The notes below the pieces were generated by a model that did no database searches, was not told the DNA's origin, and saw only the letters and a program-made list of their open reading frames with translations. DNA of 64,000 nt from positions 17,980,001 to 18,044,000 of the forward strand of contig NC_086108.1 of assembly GCF_963921235.1 (NCBI RefSeq). The letters run 5' to 3'. This DNA comes from Mobula hypostoma (taxonomy: Eukaryota). Positions 35,331 through 48,510 of this stretch are shown in pieces (within the stretch, counting starts at the first letter, position 1; every line of letters begins with the position of its first letter). The position numbers and the translations under genes are program-made.

Positions 35331-37514
35331 GGATATTAGTCTATTTAAAATCAGCACTTTTATAAAATTTAGCAATTACAACCGGACTGCCACTCCACCC
35401 CCTTGCCCATTCCCTGACTGTGGGATTCGATCACTGCAACAATTCACTATTGCAAAGACATTAATCACCTTGTAGATCTCTCCCCATTACCTCGGCACTA
35501 AACCTTTCACTGCGGTTTAATAAAAATTTCTCCTAATTATTTCATAGGAGGCAGCCAAGGGACAGTGCACTGCTGTGAAGGCCTGATCCACTGACGTGAC
35601 TGCTGTACTGATTATGTCAAAGGATCAATAATTCAGGCTGACTTTATGGAAGAGCTGAGTGAATGAGAGAGCTGTGTGCCTCTGTGAGACTTAGAGCAGC
35701 AAGCTACAATAAACCTGCCATGTTAATGGAGCAGTTTCAAGGCTAGACTCTTCCATTGAAGGAGGTTAATGGGTCCATCAAATAGCTTTTGTGATTATAA
35801 TTGCATTGGTATAAATTAAGTATAGGTTTATTCTGTGACTGCAGAAACCAGGTCCTTGACTTGCCTTCTGAATCTGTAATTTTCCACATACACTCACCCA
35901 CTCTTTTTTTTGTCTCTGTGTGAAGTGAATCTGACAGAGCTCCAGCCTCACATTTTGTTACTTCAGTGTAATTATGTTCTTTTCCAATCTTCTCTGCACT
36001 GTTTGCCAGGAGTGAGCATAGCATCCAGTGAAGGCACCCATCCAACCATCTGCTCCTTGGCACTGGAGTCGGCTTGTTGACACATCAATGCTGAATCCAC
36101 CACTAATTATTGTTCATTCATGGGATAGTTTTTAATCTCATAAAAAAACTTTTCTGTGCACAGCTTGCCTTGAAACTGTTCCATTAACAACCACGTACAC
36201 AAAGGTGGCCTGCAAGTACTGCAGCCAATGCCTGCATTTGTTACCTTTTTTTTTGCGGTTATCAGTTAACGAGATTGTCTGGGTTAGGAGTCACCTACAG
36301 GCCAGGATAGGCGTAGCTGGCAATTTCCCTCACCTGAAGGATGTTAGTGATCCCCATGGGTTTTTACACAACTCACTGGAGGACTTTTTGGTTATGATTT
36401 CTCAGATGATTCAGTCTTTTTATTAATACTGTGTTTATTACTTGTATTGAAATTCCCAAGCTACTATGGTAGGATTCAAACTTGGCTGATATCAGGAGCC
36501 CAACCCGTAAGCAATAACACCTCCAAATATTTCTGGACATCAGGTAAAAGACTGACGTGTGGTGTGCACATGTATGGACTCACACGCATATGCAGATCTC
36601 TATGTGTATGCACACATACATGCATATAATTGCATGCACATAGAACACATACTTACATATCCTTCATATCGCTAAGATTGATCAACTGATGATGCCATCG
36701 CCTCTACCCTTCACTCCGTCATGTCCCATCTGGAAAATGGTGCCTCATACGCTCGGATGTTTATGGACTTCAGCTCAGTGTTTAATATGATTGTCCCTCA
36801 GAAGCTGGTGGGTAAGCTGTCCTCACTGGGTCTCAACACCTCTCTATGTACTTGATCCTGGACTTCTTGACAGAAAGGCCAGTCAGTCCGTGTTGTCAGA
36901 CACATCTCTAGCTCCATCACACTGAGCAACCGGTGCCTGCCAGGGCTGCATGCACAGCTTGCTGCTGTTCACGCTGCTGCTGTAGGACTGCATTGCTAGA
37001 TCCAGTTCAAACTGAATCAAGTTCACTGACGACACAACAGTGGTTAGCCTCGTCAACAGCAATGACGAGACGGCGTATAGAGAGAAAGTAGTGCGGCTGG
37101 TAGAGTGGTGTAAATACAAAAACTTGAGGCTCAACGTGGACAAGACTAAAGAGGTGATTGTGGACTTTAGAAAGGTGCAGGCTGACCACTCCTCATTGTT
37201 CATAAATGGCTCATCCATGGAAAGAGTTAGGAGCACAAGTTTCAGCGAGTGAACATAACATACGTTCTCACCTGGTCCCTCAACACCATGTCTTTGGTGA
37301 AGAAAGCACAGTAGGGTATTCACTTCTGAGAGATTTTGAGGCAAATGAGGCTCCCTCTCCCTGATTTTAATCGATCTTTACAGGAGCACCATCGAGAGTG
37401 TACTGCCCAGATGTTCCCCATCTCGTATGGGATTTGCAAGGTATCTGACCACAAGACCCTACAAAGTATCGCAAGGGCTGCTGATAGGATTATCTGATCC
37501 CCTCTCAACCTATT

Positions 37515-37979
37515 AGTCATAGTCATAGTCATAGTCATACTTTATTGATCCCGGGGGAAACTGGTTTACGTTACAGTTGCACCATAAATAATAAATAGTA
37601 ATAAAACCATAAATAGTTAAATAGTAATATGTAAATTATACCAGTAAATTATGAAGTAAGTCTAGGACCAGCCTATTGGCTCAGGGTGTCTGACCCTCCA
37701 AGGGAGGAGTTGTAAGGTTTGATAACCACAGGCAGGAATGACTTCCTATGACGCTCTGTGTTGCATCTCGGAGGAATGAGTCTCTGGCTGAATGTACTCC
37801 TGTGCCCACCCAGTACATTATGTAGTGGATGGGAGACATTGTCCAAGATGGCATGCAACTTAGACAGCATCCTCTTTTCAGACACCACTGTCAGAGAGTC
37901 CAGTTGCATCCCCACAACATCACTGGCCTTACGAATGAGTTTGTTGATTCTGTTGGTGTCTGGTACCCTCAGCCTGCTG
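37515..37979 (-). mobile_element. Younger Rex1/Babar 3' end nested in antisense
   Basis: Near-identical to 19820-20273 (LDSLTVVSEKRMLSKLHAIL...); (AGTCAT)n tail at 37515. Confidence 0.9.
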
Positions 37980-38262
37980 AATAGAGATCTTTATCAAGAG
38001 CGCTGCGTATGCAGGTCCCTTAGCATCGTCAATGATCCCTCCCATCTGTCCAATAATCTCTTTGACCCATCTACCATCAGGCAGGAGGTAGCGTAGCATC
38101 AAGACAAGAACTGTGAGGATGGAAAACAGCTTCTTTCCCCAGGCGTAAGACTACTGAACTCCCTGCCACCACCCAGGTCTCATCACACATGAAATGCCAG
38201 TACTATTCTACTGCTTACTTTTTAATTTGTATCATAAATGCACCTTATTATTTGTGGTAATA

Positions 38263-38894
38263 CAGGTATCCCCCGCTTCTTGAAAGTTCACTTTATGCCA
38301 CTTCGCTTTTACGAAAGACCTACATTAGTACCTGTTTTCGCTAACCGAAAGAAATCCGAAGAGGATTTTTGCTTCTACGAAAAAGGCGAAAAGCGTAAAT
38401 AGCGTTCAACGTTTGTTTTGCAGTGAGCCGTTATAGAGGCAGCTTTAAACTGCGTGAGATTTTCACTACAATTGATAGTGCTGCAATGATTGCAGAAAAG
38501 TATGACTTTAATTTTGAAAGGACATGTAGGTTTAGGGCAGGTTTGCAGGATGTTTTGAGTGCTTACAAATAACTGTATGATCAAAAAATGCGTGAACCTT
38601 CCAGTGTGCTCGCTGTCTTCCCGATTCCGGTAAGTGAAATTACACCATACATACATTATTTCTGCTTTATATAGGCTGTGTATTTATCATATCATTCCTG
38701 CTTTTACTATATGTTAGTGTTATTTTAGGTTTTATGTGTTATTTGGTATGATTTGGTGGATTTTTTTTGGGTCTGGGAATGCTCAAAAATTTTTCCCATA
38801 TAAATTAATAGTAATTACTTCTTCACTTTACGCCATTTCGGCTTACAAAAGGTTTCATAGGAACGCTCTACTTTTGGATAGCGGGGAAAACCTG
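38263..38894 (+). mobile_element. Tigger/pogo-derived non-autonomous element
   Basis: TA TSDs; TIRs CAGGTATCCCCCGCT / AGCGGGGAAAACCTG. Shares blocks such as ACGAAAGACCTACATTAGTACC with 8953-10503. Confidence 0.85.
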
Positions 38895-39859
38895 TATTAC
38901 TTTATATGTTATGTGTGTACCTTAGTCTGGAGAAACATTGTTTCATTTAGCGGTGTACAGTTGAATGATAATAAACTGAACTTGAACTTTAAAACACACA
39001 CCCACACAGACACACAAACACACCCCTCCCCTCCCTTGCAACCATTTTGTTCCTAATTAACATTTTAAGTACCAAGCTTCCTCTGATTTCCAAATGGGAA
39101 TAACAGAACAATAATGGGAACAACAATGCGAATAACACTTCTTTATGGCTTCTTGGTGAATTGTTCAGCACCTCGAGCTTCAGCAATGAATTAATTCAAA
39201 TCCTCAAGGTGATTTCCTTGGTCTATAACCCAGGATACAGAAGGCTGACCCTCTCCACCTTAGAATGAGCTATCTACTGGGCTTGGATAAGGCACCCTAT
39301 TCTTTGGTGGTGAAAAAAGGGCAGAAACCAGTATAAAGGTGTCGGGGGGGGGAGTGGGTGGAATGAGAGCTGGCAGATTATGGATGGATCCAGATGAGAA
39401 GGGGAAGGTAGGTGGGTGGAGGGAAGGAGAGAGGAAATGATGTAAGAAACTGGGAGATGAGCGATGAAGTGACAGATACAATAGGAGGAGACAGTGGACC
39501 ATGGAATGAAGGAAGGAAGCGAGGAGGGAAACTCGGAGTATGGAAAACTAGATGGGGAACTAGGCACCCTAACTATATATATATATCTATCTATCAGGGC
39601 ACCCAGCTCTGAGTGTCCAGGTAAGGTCATTTGATTCCAACAATTGGTTTATTCATCATTACAGAATGTCTCTCTGGTGCTGACCACTCCCTCCTTCTCC
39701 CTTCCCCTTTTCCCTAATATGATTCCTCTCTCTCTAATCCCTTCCCACTTTCAGTCCACAATAAAGACTAATATCAGTATCAAGTTTATCATCACTCATA
39801 TGTGTCATGAACTTTGTTTTTTTTGTGGCAGCAGAACAGTGCAATACATAAAATTATCA

Positions 39860-39926
39860 CAGTACAGTGCAAAGGTCTTAAGCACCCTAGCTATATGTAT
39901 GTGCCTAAGATTTTTGCACAGAACTG
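39860..39926. mobile_element. Tc1/mariner-like mini-MITE hairpin
   Basis: 26-bp imperfect inverted arms CAGTACAGTGCAAAGGTCTTAAGCAC / GTGCCTAAGATTTTTGCACAGAACTG, followed by TA. Confidence 0.65.
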
Positions 39927-41239
39927 TACATGCTGACATCCCAATCACTGCCCACTCCACTTCAACAGGTTAAAACGGTTATGACAAAGGGTCCTTGATG
40001 AAATATATTAGCTCCGTATTGCTTCAGAATGGCAGAGGCTGAAGAAAAAACTAATAATAAAAACATTTATAAAATTATGAGAGGCAAAAACAGGGTAGAC
40101 AGTCAGAGTCTTAATCCACAATGGAAAGATCAAATGTTAGAGGACATACATTTAAGTTGAAAGGGAGGAAACTTAAGGGAGGTCTATGCGGCAATTTTTT
40201 TACACAGAGAGTGGTGGGTGCCTGGAATGTGCTGCCTGGGGGGAGTGTAGTGCTGGTAGTTTAATTTGGCATCTCAGTCAGCACAGACTCTGTGGGCTGA
40301 AGGACCTGTGCTGTACTGTTCTATGTAAACAAGTAATGGCAATAATAAGTAAAAATGCACTCTATTACTGTTAAAAGATTTTGGAAATAAGACAATCAAT
40401 CTTTCTGATGGACAGTGTGATCACAATCTGATGGTGGCTCACTTTGTGATGTAGGTCAGAGTGAGGGTCACAGGCTACAGTGTGTGGGGCTCATCCTGTG
40501 GAATTTTAAAACCACACATGACACTCAATCTATCTGTCCATGACCTCTGCTTCCTGTTCCACTGAGAGAGCCCATCGTTCCCAGGGGTCAGCCAACTGTA
40601 GTGCTGAGCCAAATCCATCCTCACATGGCAGCAGCATTTCCTCCACCTCTGCATGGAAGGCCGTGTCTCTCATTCAGTGTACTGCCACTCCTGTTCATCT
40701 CCTGTTTGTTTTGACTGCTGAATGATTTCCAAGATGTGGATGTGTCCCCCTGGGCTCCATTAACTTTCCCTCAGCATGTTGAGCCCCTGAGAATGTGCTT
40801 TCCAACTGAACACATGAGAGAAATAAAACGTGTCAGATTCAGCTGTCAAAGGAGACAGGCAGCTCAGGGAAAGCATTTCCATTACCCAGCTCCCCATTGC
40901 CTGCAGCTTTATTTGGGAAGGGGCATTTCTGGCTTGGGAGGACATTTGGGAACCGGAGCAGGCACTTCAGCCTAAAATGCCAGTGCCAACCATGCTGCCA
41001 AATTAAACTAAATCTCTTTCTGCCTGCACATGATCCATATCCTTTCATTTCCTGCAGATTCATAGGTCCAGAAGCCTCTTAAACACGGCCATCATGCCTG
41101 CTTTCACCACTATCTCTGGCAGCATATTCCAGGCACCCACCGTGGTCTGTGTAAAAAAAAAACTTATTCTGTACACATTCCCTTTAAACTTTTCTCCCCC
41201 ACCTTAAAGCTATGCCCTCCCTGCAGTATTTGACATTTC

Positions 41240-41616
41240 TTCATTCGTTATGTGACATGTCATATGATGTGGGTGATCATGGTCTTTCCATGACCATGAT
41301 TGTTCTTGGCAAATTTTTCTACAGAAGAGGTTTGCCATTGCCTTCTCCTGGGCAGTGTCTTTACAAAATGGGTGACCCCAGCTATTATCAATACTCTTCA
41401 GAGATTGCCTGCTTGGCTTCAATGGTCACATAACCAGCACTTGTAATATGCACCAGCTGCTCATAGACCATCCATCATCTGCTCTCATGGTCTTACATGA
41501 CTCTGATCAAGGGCTAAGCAGGCGTTACATCTTGTCCAAGGGTGACCTGCAGGCTAGCTTAGGGATGGAGTGCCTTACACCTTCTTTGATAGAGACTTAT
41601 CTCCACCCCACCACCT
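41240..41616 (-). mobile_element. Non-coding RTE/BovB-related retroposon
   Basis: Minus strand carries GGAGAAGGCAATGGCAA (41332-41348), resembling the Bov-A/Sauria-SINE segment. It sits inside a CR1 3' fragment. Confidence 0.5.
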
Positions 41617-41924
41617 TCTGCAGGCAAAAAGTTTCTTTCTATCCTATTTATGCTTCTCATAATTTGATAAACATTTTTCAGGTATCCCCTCAGCCTCCAA
41701 ACTTTTTCATTATCTGGGAATATACAACAGGATAAAATAGGAGTAGGTGTTAACAACACCACCATTCAATATGATCATTGCAGATCTATCATCCATTCCT
41801 CTTCTGTCCAGTTCCCTATAACTCCGAATTATTCCATCTTCTATCTCCAGCTTAAACACATAATGATCTGACACCACCATCTTCAGGGTTTGAGAATTTC
41901 TCTTCTTGTTCTGAGATTCCCACT

Positions 41925-42320
41925 TATGATTATGAGGACACACAGTCCCCTTTTATTGTCATTTAGTAATGCAGGCATTAAGAAATGATAAAAATGTTTT
42001 TCCAGAATGATACCACAAAAACACATGACAAACCAACTTAAAAACTAAAAACCATGTATTTATAACATATAGTTACAACAGTGCAAAGCAATACCGTAAT
42101 TTGATAAGAACAGACTATGGCACAGTAAAAGTCTCAAAGTCTCTCGAAAGTCCCATCATCTCACGCAGGCGGTAAACCTCCAGCGCTGCCAGCTTGCCGA
42201 TGCAGCATCCCAGAAGCATCTGACCACAGTCAAACTCTGAGTCCGTCCGAAAACTCCGAGCCTCCGACCACCTTTTCGACACCGAGCACCATCTCTGCCG
42301 AGCGTTTCGACCCCGACTTT
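41925..42320 (-). mobile_element. Second, 5'-truncated copy related to the 31744-32374 retroposon
   Basis: TTATGAGGACACACAGTCCCCTTTTATTGTCATTTAGTAATGCA.GCATTAAGAAATGATA is the reverse complement of the 32300-32365 tail. Confidence 0.7.
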
Positions 42321-42579
42321 GACAGTTACCTTTATTTACCTGAGTTTTATACCTGAAATATTATATGCAGGTCTGGTCTCTGTAACTGTGGAAGGAATAT
42401 ACTCATGATGGAACGAATGCATCCAAGGTTCATCAAATTGATTCCTTGTGTGGCAGGTTTATCCTGAGAGGAATATTTAAGATCAGTCCTGTTGTCTCTG
42501 CAGTTTGGAATAATGAGATGATTGCATTGAAATGTAGACTATTCCTTGGGCTTGGTAGGTGAGCTGGGGAGTCAAAGAG

Positions 42580-43100
42580 ACATAATTACATAGAAACAGG
42601 CCCTTAAGCCCAACTCACCCATCCTGACCAAGATGCCAATCTAACTCATCCCATTTCCCTGCATTTGGCCCATATATTGTACTTCTGAACCTTTTCTATC
42701 CATGTACCTGTCTAAATGCCTTTTAAATATTGTAATTGTCCCTCCCTCTGTCAGTTCCTCTGCCAGATCATTCCATATCCCATCACCCTCTATGTTTAAA
42801 AACCTGCTCCTCAGATCATTTTTAAATCTTTCTTTCTCACCTTAATCTATGCCTTTTTATTATAGATGCCCCTTCCCTAAGAAAAAAGATTGTGGCTATC
42901 TATCTTATCCATGCCCCTCATGCTCTAATAATCATATATATGTCATCCCTCAGTGACAACAATCTCAGCCTATCCAGAGACTCCTTATAATTCAAGCCCT
43001 CCAGTCCTTGTGAGTCTTTTCTGCATTCTCTCTCTAGCTTAATCACATCTTTCCTTTAGTCTGACAGTCAGAACTGCACACAATACTCAACGTGCAGACT
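42580..43100 (-). mobile_element. Degenerate CR1 3' fragment
   Basis: Minus strand HVEYCVQF remnant and CR1 3'UTR. Confidence 0.65.
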
Positions 43101-43861
43101 AACCTGCTCCCCTTCCAGGCTGAACAGAGCACAAACCACTGCCTCAGTATAAGCGGCCGTCCATTCAGGACAGAGATTACCAGAAGCTTCACCACCCACA
43201 GAGCAACATGAAGAGTACAGGCAGAATCGATGGAGAGAAAGTGTCTCTGTTAGCAGAGGGATCAAGAACCAGGTGACACAGAATAGTAATCAAAAAGAAT
43301 TTTGATGCAGCAAGTAGTTGGGATCTGGAATCCTTTGCCACAAAGAGTGGAGGAGGCAGACCCCTCATGAAAGTCTCAGCCGGAAACATTGCCTGCATTT
43401 TCCTCCACCACTGCCACTAGATTTGTTGAGTTCCTTCAGCCATTTGTGTATGTTGCTCAAGATTTCCAGCATCTACAGAATCACTTGTATCTCAGATTCA
43501 ATTCGGCATTCAAGAGGGAACTGGGTGCTTACCTGAATGGAAGCTTTTGCAAGTCTGTAGGAAGGAAGCAAGGGTCTAGGATTAGCAGACTGTGTTTACA
43601 TTTAGTTAGCACAGATAATTCTGCTATGACACTTGTACCCATGATGTGGATTGGTTATAACACTATCGATAGATTAGAGAACACTATTTGCATTATGTGA
43701 GCCTCTTTGAGTATCATGCAAACGTGATTGAGAAAGCCTGTTTAATTCTATGCTTTGAAGACAATTATAGGCCATCATGCTATAACCCAAGACTGCAAGA
43801 AATTGTGGTGAAATATGGATGTAACTCAGTCCATCATAGAAACCAGCCTTCTCTTTCTGGA

Positions 43862-45305
43862 ACACATTCAAAATGCTGGAGGAATTCAGCAGGTCAGGCA
43901 GCATCTATGAAAATGAATTAACAGTCAACATTTCAGGCTGAGACTCTTCTTCAAGACTGGAAAGGAAGAGGGAAGATGCCAGAATAAAAAGGTGAAGGGG
44001 AGGGGACAAGAGTAGCTCGAAGGTGATTGGTGAAGCCAGGTGGGTGGGAAAGGTCAAGGCTGGAGAAGATGAAATCTAATAGGAGAGTGAACCATAAGAG
44101 AAAGGGAAGGAGGAGGGGCACCCAGAGGAAGTGATAGGGAGCTGACAAGAGGTAAACGGTCAGAGTGGGGAACAGAAGTAGAAGGGAGAGGGAGGGAAAC
44201 AATTTTTACCAGAAGGGGAAATTGATACTCATGCCATCAGGCTGGAGGCTTCTCAGACTGAATATAAGGTGTTGCTCCTCCTCCTTGAGGGTGGCTTCAT
44301 CTTGGCACAAGAGAAGGCTATGGACCAACATGTTGGAATGGGAATGAGAATCGGAATAAAATGCCTGGCCACCAGGTATTCCACTTTTGGCAGATGGAGT
44401 AGAGATGTTCGACACAGTCCCCCAATTTATGACAGGTCTCACCAATGTAGAGGAGGCCGCATCAGGAGCTCTGGACACAATAAACGACCCTACCAGATTT
44501 GCAGGTGAAGTGTTATCTCACCTGGAAGGACTGTTTGGGCTCCCGAATGGAGATGAGGGAATAGATGAATGGGCAGGTGTAGCACTTAGACTGCTTTCAG
44601 GGATAAGTGCCAGGAGGGAGAATAGTGAGGAGGGATCAATGGACAAGGGAATTGTGGAGGGAGCGATCCCTGCAGAAGGCGGGGGGTGGGAGATGGTAAA
44701 GATATGTTTAGTGGTAGGATCCCTTTGGAGATGGTGAAAGTTGTGGAGGATAATGTGTTGGATGCGGAGTGAGATGGGGTGGTAGGTAAGGACAAGGGGA
44801 GCTCTATCTGTTAAGGCAGTGGGATGAGTGCAGATATCCAGGAGATGGAAGAGATGTGGGTGAGGGCAGTATCAATAGTGGAGGAAGGGAAATCCTGATC
44901 TCTGAAGAAGGAAGACATCTGTGACATCCTGGAAAGGAAAGCCACATCCTGGGAACAGATGCAATAGAGGCAAGGGAATTGAGGAAAGGGAATAGCATTT
45001 TAAAGGGAGATAGGGTGGGAGGAGGTATAGTCAAGATAACCGTGGGAATCAATAGGTTTATAAAAGATGTCAATTGATAATTTGTCTCAGAGATGGAGAC
45101 AGCGAGATTGAGAAAGGGGAAGGAGGTGTCAGAAATGGACCAAGTGAATTTAAGGGCAGGGTGGAAGAGGCAAAGTTGATAAAATTGACATGCTCAGCAT
45201 AGGTGCATGAAGCAGCGCCAATGCAGTCATCAATTTAGCAGAGGAAGAGTTGGGAGTATTACTGAGGAAGGCTTTGAATGTGAACTGTTCTACGTAGCCA
45301 ACAAA
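43862..45305 (-). mobile_element. Penelope-like element (RT C-terminal part + GIY-YIG + pLTR), decayed
   Basis: Minus strand YKPIDSHGYLDYTSSHP (~45010-45062); ORF 44206-44478 ends HSHSNM.VHSLL.CQDEATLKEEEQHLIFSL.SLQPDGM.I.F; degenerate hammerhead at 43923-43958. Confidence 0.88.
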
Positions 45306-46167
45306 ACCCCATCCATCAGACAGAAGATACAAAAGGTGGAAAACAACACGACCAGGCTCATGGTCAGTTCTGCTGTTAGACTTTTGAATGCACCTCTTGT
45401 GTAATAAAGATGAATTGCCGACATCGCATTCTACCTCATCTTGCCCCTTGCACATTGTCCGCCTGCACTACACTTTCTCTGTAACTGTAACAGGATCTTC
45501 AGCACTCTGCTATTGTTTTACCCTCAATGTTATGAAATTATGAATGGATGGCATACACAAATTTTTTTAGCATTACCTTAGTACATGTGACAATAGTAAA
45601 CCAATTACCAATAATGTGACAGTCTATAACACAAGGTTTCTTAGGATTATTATAACGGAAATAGCAGAATTGACATGATGGGCCAAAATGGCCTCTTTCT
45701 GTGCTGTAAATACCCAGTGTAACTATGCAATTAGAACTCAAGCATGTTTGAATTTGCAAAGAAGCAGGAGGCATTGCAAGATGGAATGGTTATGATGTGG
45801 AAATCTGAAGACACAGGGCTCAGCTTGTCCCAGGATGTTTCTCTTTAATTGCGATCTCTCTGAGCAGTGCAGTTGTCAAGAAAACAAAAATAAAGCTGCA
45901 ATTGAATTCCTGTAAGGTGTGCTCCAAAGCATACAGTAAACTGGCATTACCTCTGCTTCTGAAAAATCTCTTGTTTCCTCCTGAGAATTCGAGTCAGGAG
46001 TTGCAGATCCCTGTAAGACTTGAGTTATCAGAATCTGTGATGTAGACAGTGAACAGGGATTAGGGGATGTCAGTGCGCGTAGTATAGTGTGACTGCACCG
46101 ATATTTCTGTTGCATAACCTCTCCCCGACCCTGGTCAGACTGCAGGACACACATCCAAGTATCTGTC

Positions 46168-47670
46168 GGGTGTTGGGGTGTGAGATGGTATCGGGGATGG
46201 AGTAGTATGTGACTGTAGGGTGTGGCGATGTGAGATGGTGTTGGGGACAGGGTAGTGTGTGACTCTGCAGGGTGTTGGGGTGTGAGATGGTATTGAGGAT
46301 GGGGTAGTGTGTGACTCGATCGGGTGTGGGGGTGTGAGATGGTTTTGGGGACAGGGTAGTGTGTGACTCTGTAGGGTGTGGGGGAATGAGATGGTCTTGG
46401 GGATGGGGTAGTGTGTAACTGTAGGGTGTGGGGATGTGAGATGTTATAGGAGACGCAGTAGTGTGTGACTGTGTGGAGTGTTGGGGTGTGAAATGGTATT
46501 GGGAACGGGATAGTGTATGACTCTGTATGGTCTGGGGGTGTGAGATGGTATTGGGGACGGATTAGTGTGTGACTGTAGCGTCTGGGGATGTGAGATGGTA
46601 TTTGGTACAGGGTTGTGTGTGACTCTGTAGGGTGTCGGGGTGTGAGATGGTATTGGGGATAGGGTAGTGTGTGATCTGTAGGGTGTGGAGGTGTGAGATG
46701 GTATTGGGGATGGAGTAGTGTGTGACTCTGTAGGGTGTGGGGGTGTGTGATGGTATTCAGGATGGGGTAGTGTGTGACTCTGTAGGGTGTGGGGATGTGA
46801 GATGTTATTGGGCATGGGGTAGTCAGTGATGATTTGGGGTGTGGGGATGTGAGATGGTTTTGGTGATGGGGTAGTGTGTGAATGTAGGGTGTGGGGATGT
46901 GAGTTGATATTGGGGACAGGGTAGTGTGTGACTCTATAGGGTGCGGTGGTGTGAGATGGTATTGGGGGTCGGGTAGTATGTGACTCTGTGGGGTGTGGGG
47001 GATGAGATGGTAGTGAGCATGGGGCAGTGTGTGACTGTAGGGTGTTGGGATGTGAGATGGTATTGGGGACAGGGTTGTGTTTGACTCTATAGGGTGTGGG
47101 GGTGAGAGATGGTACTGGGGACGGAGTAGTCTGTGACTCTGTAGGGTGTGGTGGTGTGAGATGGTATTTGGCTTGGGGTAGTCTGTGACTGTAGGGTGTG
47201 GGGTAGTGACATGATATTGGGCACAGGGTAGTCTGTGACTCTGCAGAGTATGGGGGTGTGAGATGGTATTGGGGACAGGGTACTTTGTGACTCTGTAGGG
47301 TGTGGGGGTATGAGATGGTATTGGGGATAGGATGGCGTGTGACTCTTTAGGGTGTGGGAGTGTGAGAAGGTATTGACGATGGGGTAGTCTGTGACTCTGC
47401 AGGGTGTGGTTGTGTGAGATGGTATTTGGGACAGGTTTGTGTGTGACTCTGTGGAGTGTGGGGGTGTGAGATGGTATTGGGGATGGGGTAGTGTGTGACT
47501 CTGTGGAGTGTGGGGGTGTGAGATGGTATTGGGGATGGGGTAGTGTGTGACTCTGTGGAGTGTGGGGGTGTGAGATGGTATTGGGGATGGGGTAGTGTGT
47601 GACTCTGTAGAGTGTGGGGATGTGAGATTGTATAGGGGACAGAGTAGTGTGTGACTCTGTAGGTTGTCGG
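46168..47670. repeat. G-rich minisatellite, 50-52-bp unit, roughly 29 copies
   Basis: Unit GGGGTGTGAGATGGTATTGGGGATGGGGTAGTGTGTGACTCTGT(A/G)G(G/A)GTGTG. Near-identical copies around 47440-47610. Confidence 0.95.
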
Positions 47671-48032
47671 GAAAATGGAACTAAGTCAGCTCAAAACCTG
47701 GTGCGGATTTTAGCAGTGTCTGACCTGGAGTTTTAAGACGTTTTCACTAGACTGAAAAATCTAGGCCAAGAGTTAGTTAGCATTTAGCAAAGGCAAGAAC
47801 TGGGAGTCCTGATTAAAGTACATGCTCAAGGGCTGGAAGACTCAGGCTCTGCCCCTGGGAAGTTCATGTCATGCTGATGGAACCTGGAGTGATCTGCTTT
47901 TGGAAGGTGTGCATGCTGTGGATAATGATGCATTGGCTCACATGGTCGAATATTCAGAAGTACAGAATGGACAGTGCCTGGTGCCATTCTGAGAAGCTGG
48001 GATGGTAATAGATAGTGCAGTACCTCATGCCA

Positions 48033-48510
48033 AGCACAAGAAAATCTGCAGCTGCTGGAAATCCAAAGCAACACACACAAAACCTGAACACAACAAAGGC
48101 CTGAACAGATTATATATGACAAAGTTATTTCCCGTTGTAGGGAGTCTAGGACAAGGGGGCATGACTTCAGGATTGAAGGACATCCATTTAGAACAGAGAT
48201 GCAGCGAAATTGCTTTAGTCAGAGGGTGGTAAATCTGTGGAATTTGTGGCCACAAGTGGCTGTGGTGGCCAAGTCATTAGGTGCTTGTAAGGCATGGATA
48301 GAGAGGTTCTTGATTAGCCAGGGCATCAAAGGGTATGGGAAGAAGGCAGGGCAGTGGGGATAACTGGAAGAATTGGATCAGCCCATGATTGAATGGTGGC
48401 TACTTCTGTTCCTATGGTCTTAAAATGCTGGAGGAACTCAGTAGGCCGGGCAGCATCTATGGAAAAGAATGAACAGTTCATGCTTCAGACCAAGACCCTT
48501 CATCAGGACA
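48033..48510. mobile_element. Penelope pLTR (minus) interrupted by a CR1 3' end (plus, ~48100-48422)
   Basis: AAATCTGCAG.TGCTGGAAATCC...CACACAAAA resumes as AAAATGCTGGAGGAACTCAG after the CR1 tail CCTATGGTCTT. Confidence 0.75.

Larger units (their letters stand above)
36680..38988 (+). mobile_element. Degenerate Rex1/Babar LINE with two nested insertions
   Basis: DFSSVFN.I.PQKL, QGC, KFTDDTTVV and LNVDKTKEVIVDFRK motifs. The 3' tail resumes after the Tigger MITE and ends AATAAACTGAACTTGAAC. Confidence 0.85.

Noticed and set aside
34457..35475. Long hydrophobic ORFs (up to 312 aa) resembling a membrane protein
   Set aside because: They arise from a CT-rich low-complexity tract that lacks stops in several frames, giving S/L/F/C-biased translation with no domain.
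41505..41616. Second HDV-like ribozyme at the 5' end of the BovB-like element
   Set aside because: A P1-like pairing and a P4-like hairpin can be drawn, but I could not place P2, P3, L3 and the catalytic C consistently in this decayed copy. Worth retesting on a family consensus.
46168..47670. Regularly spaced repeats as a CRISPR array, or the minus-strand P/H/T/S-rich ORF as a mucin-like gene
   Set aside because: Units are contiguous with no unique spacers, there are no cas genes and the context is eukaryotic. The 50/52-bp units do not preserve frame.
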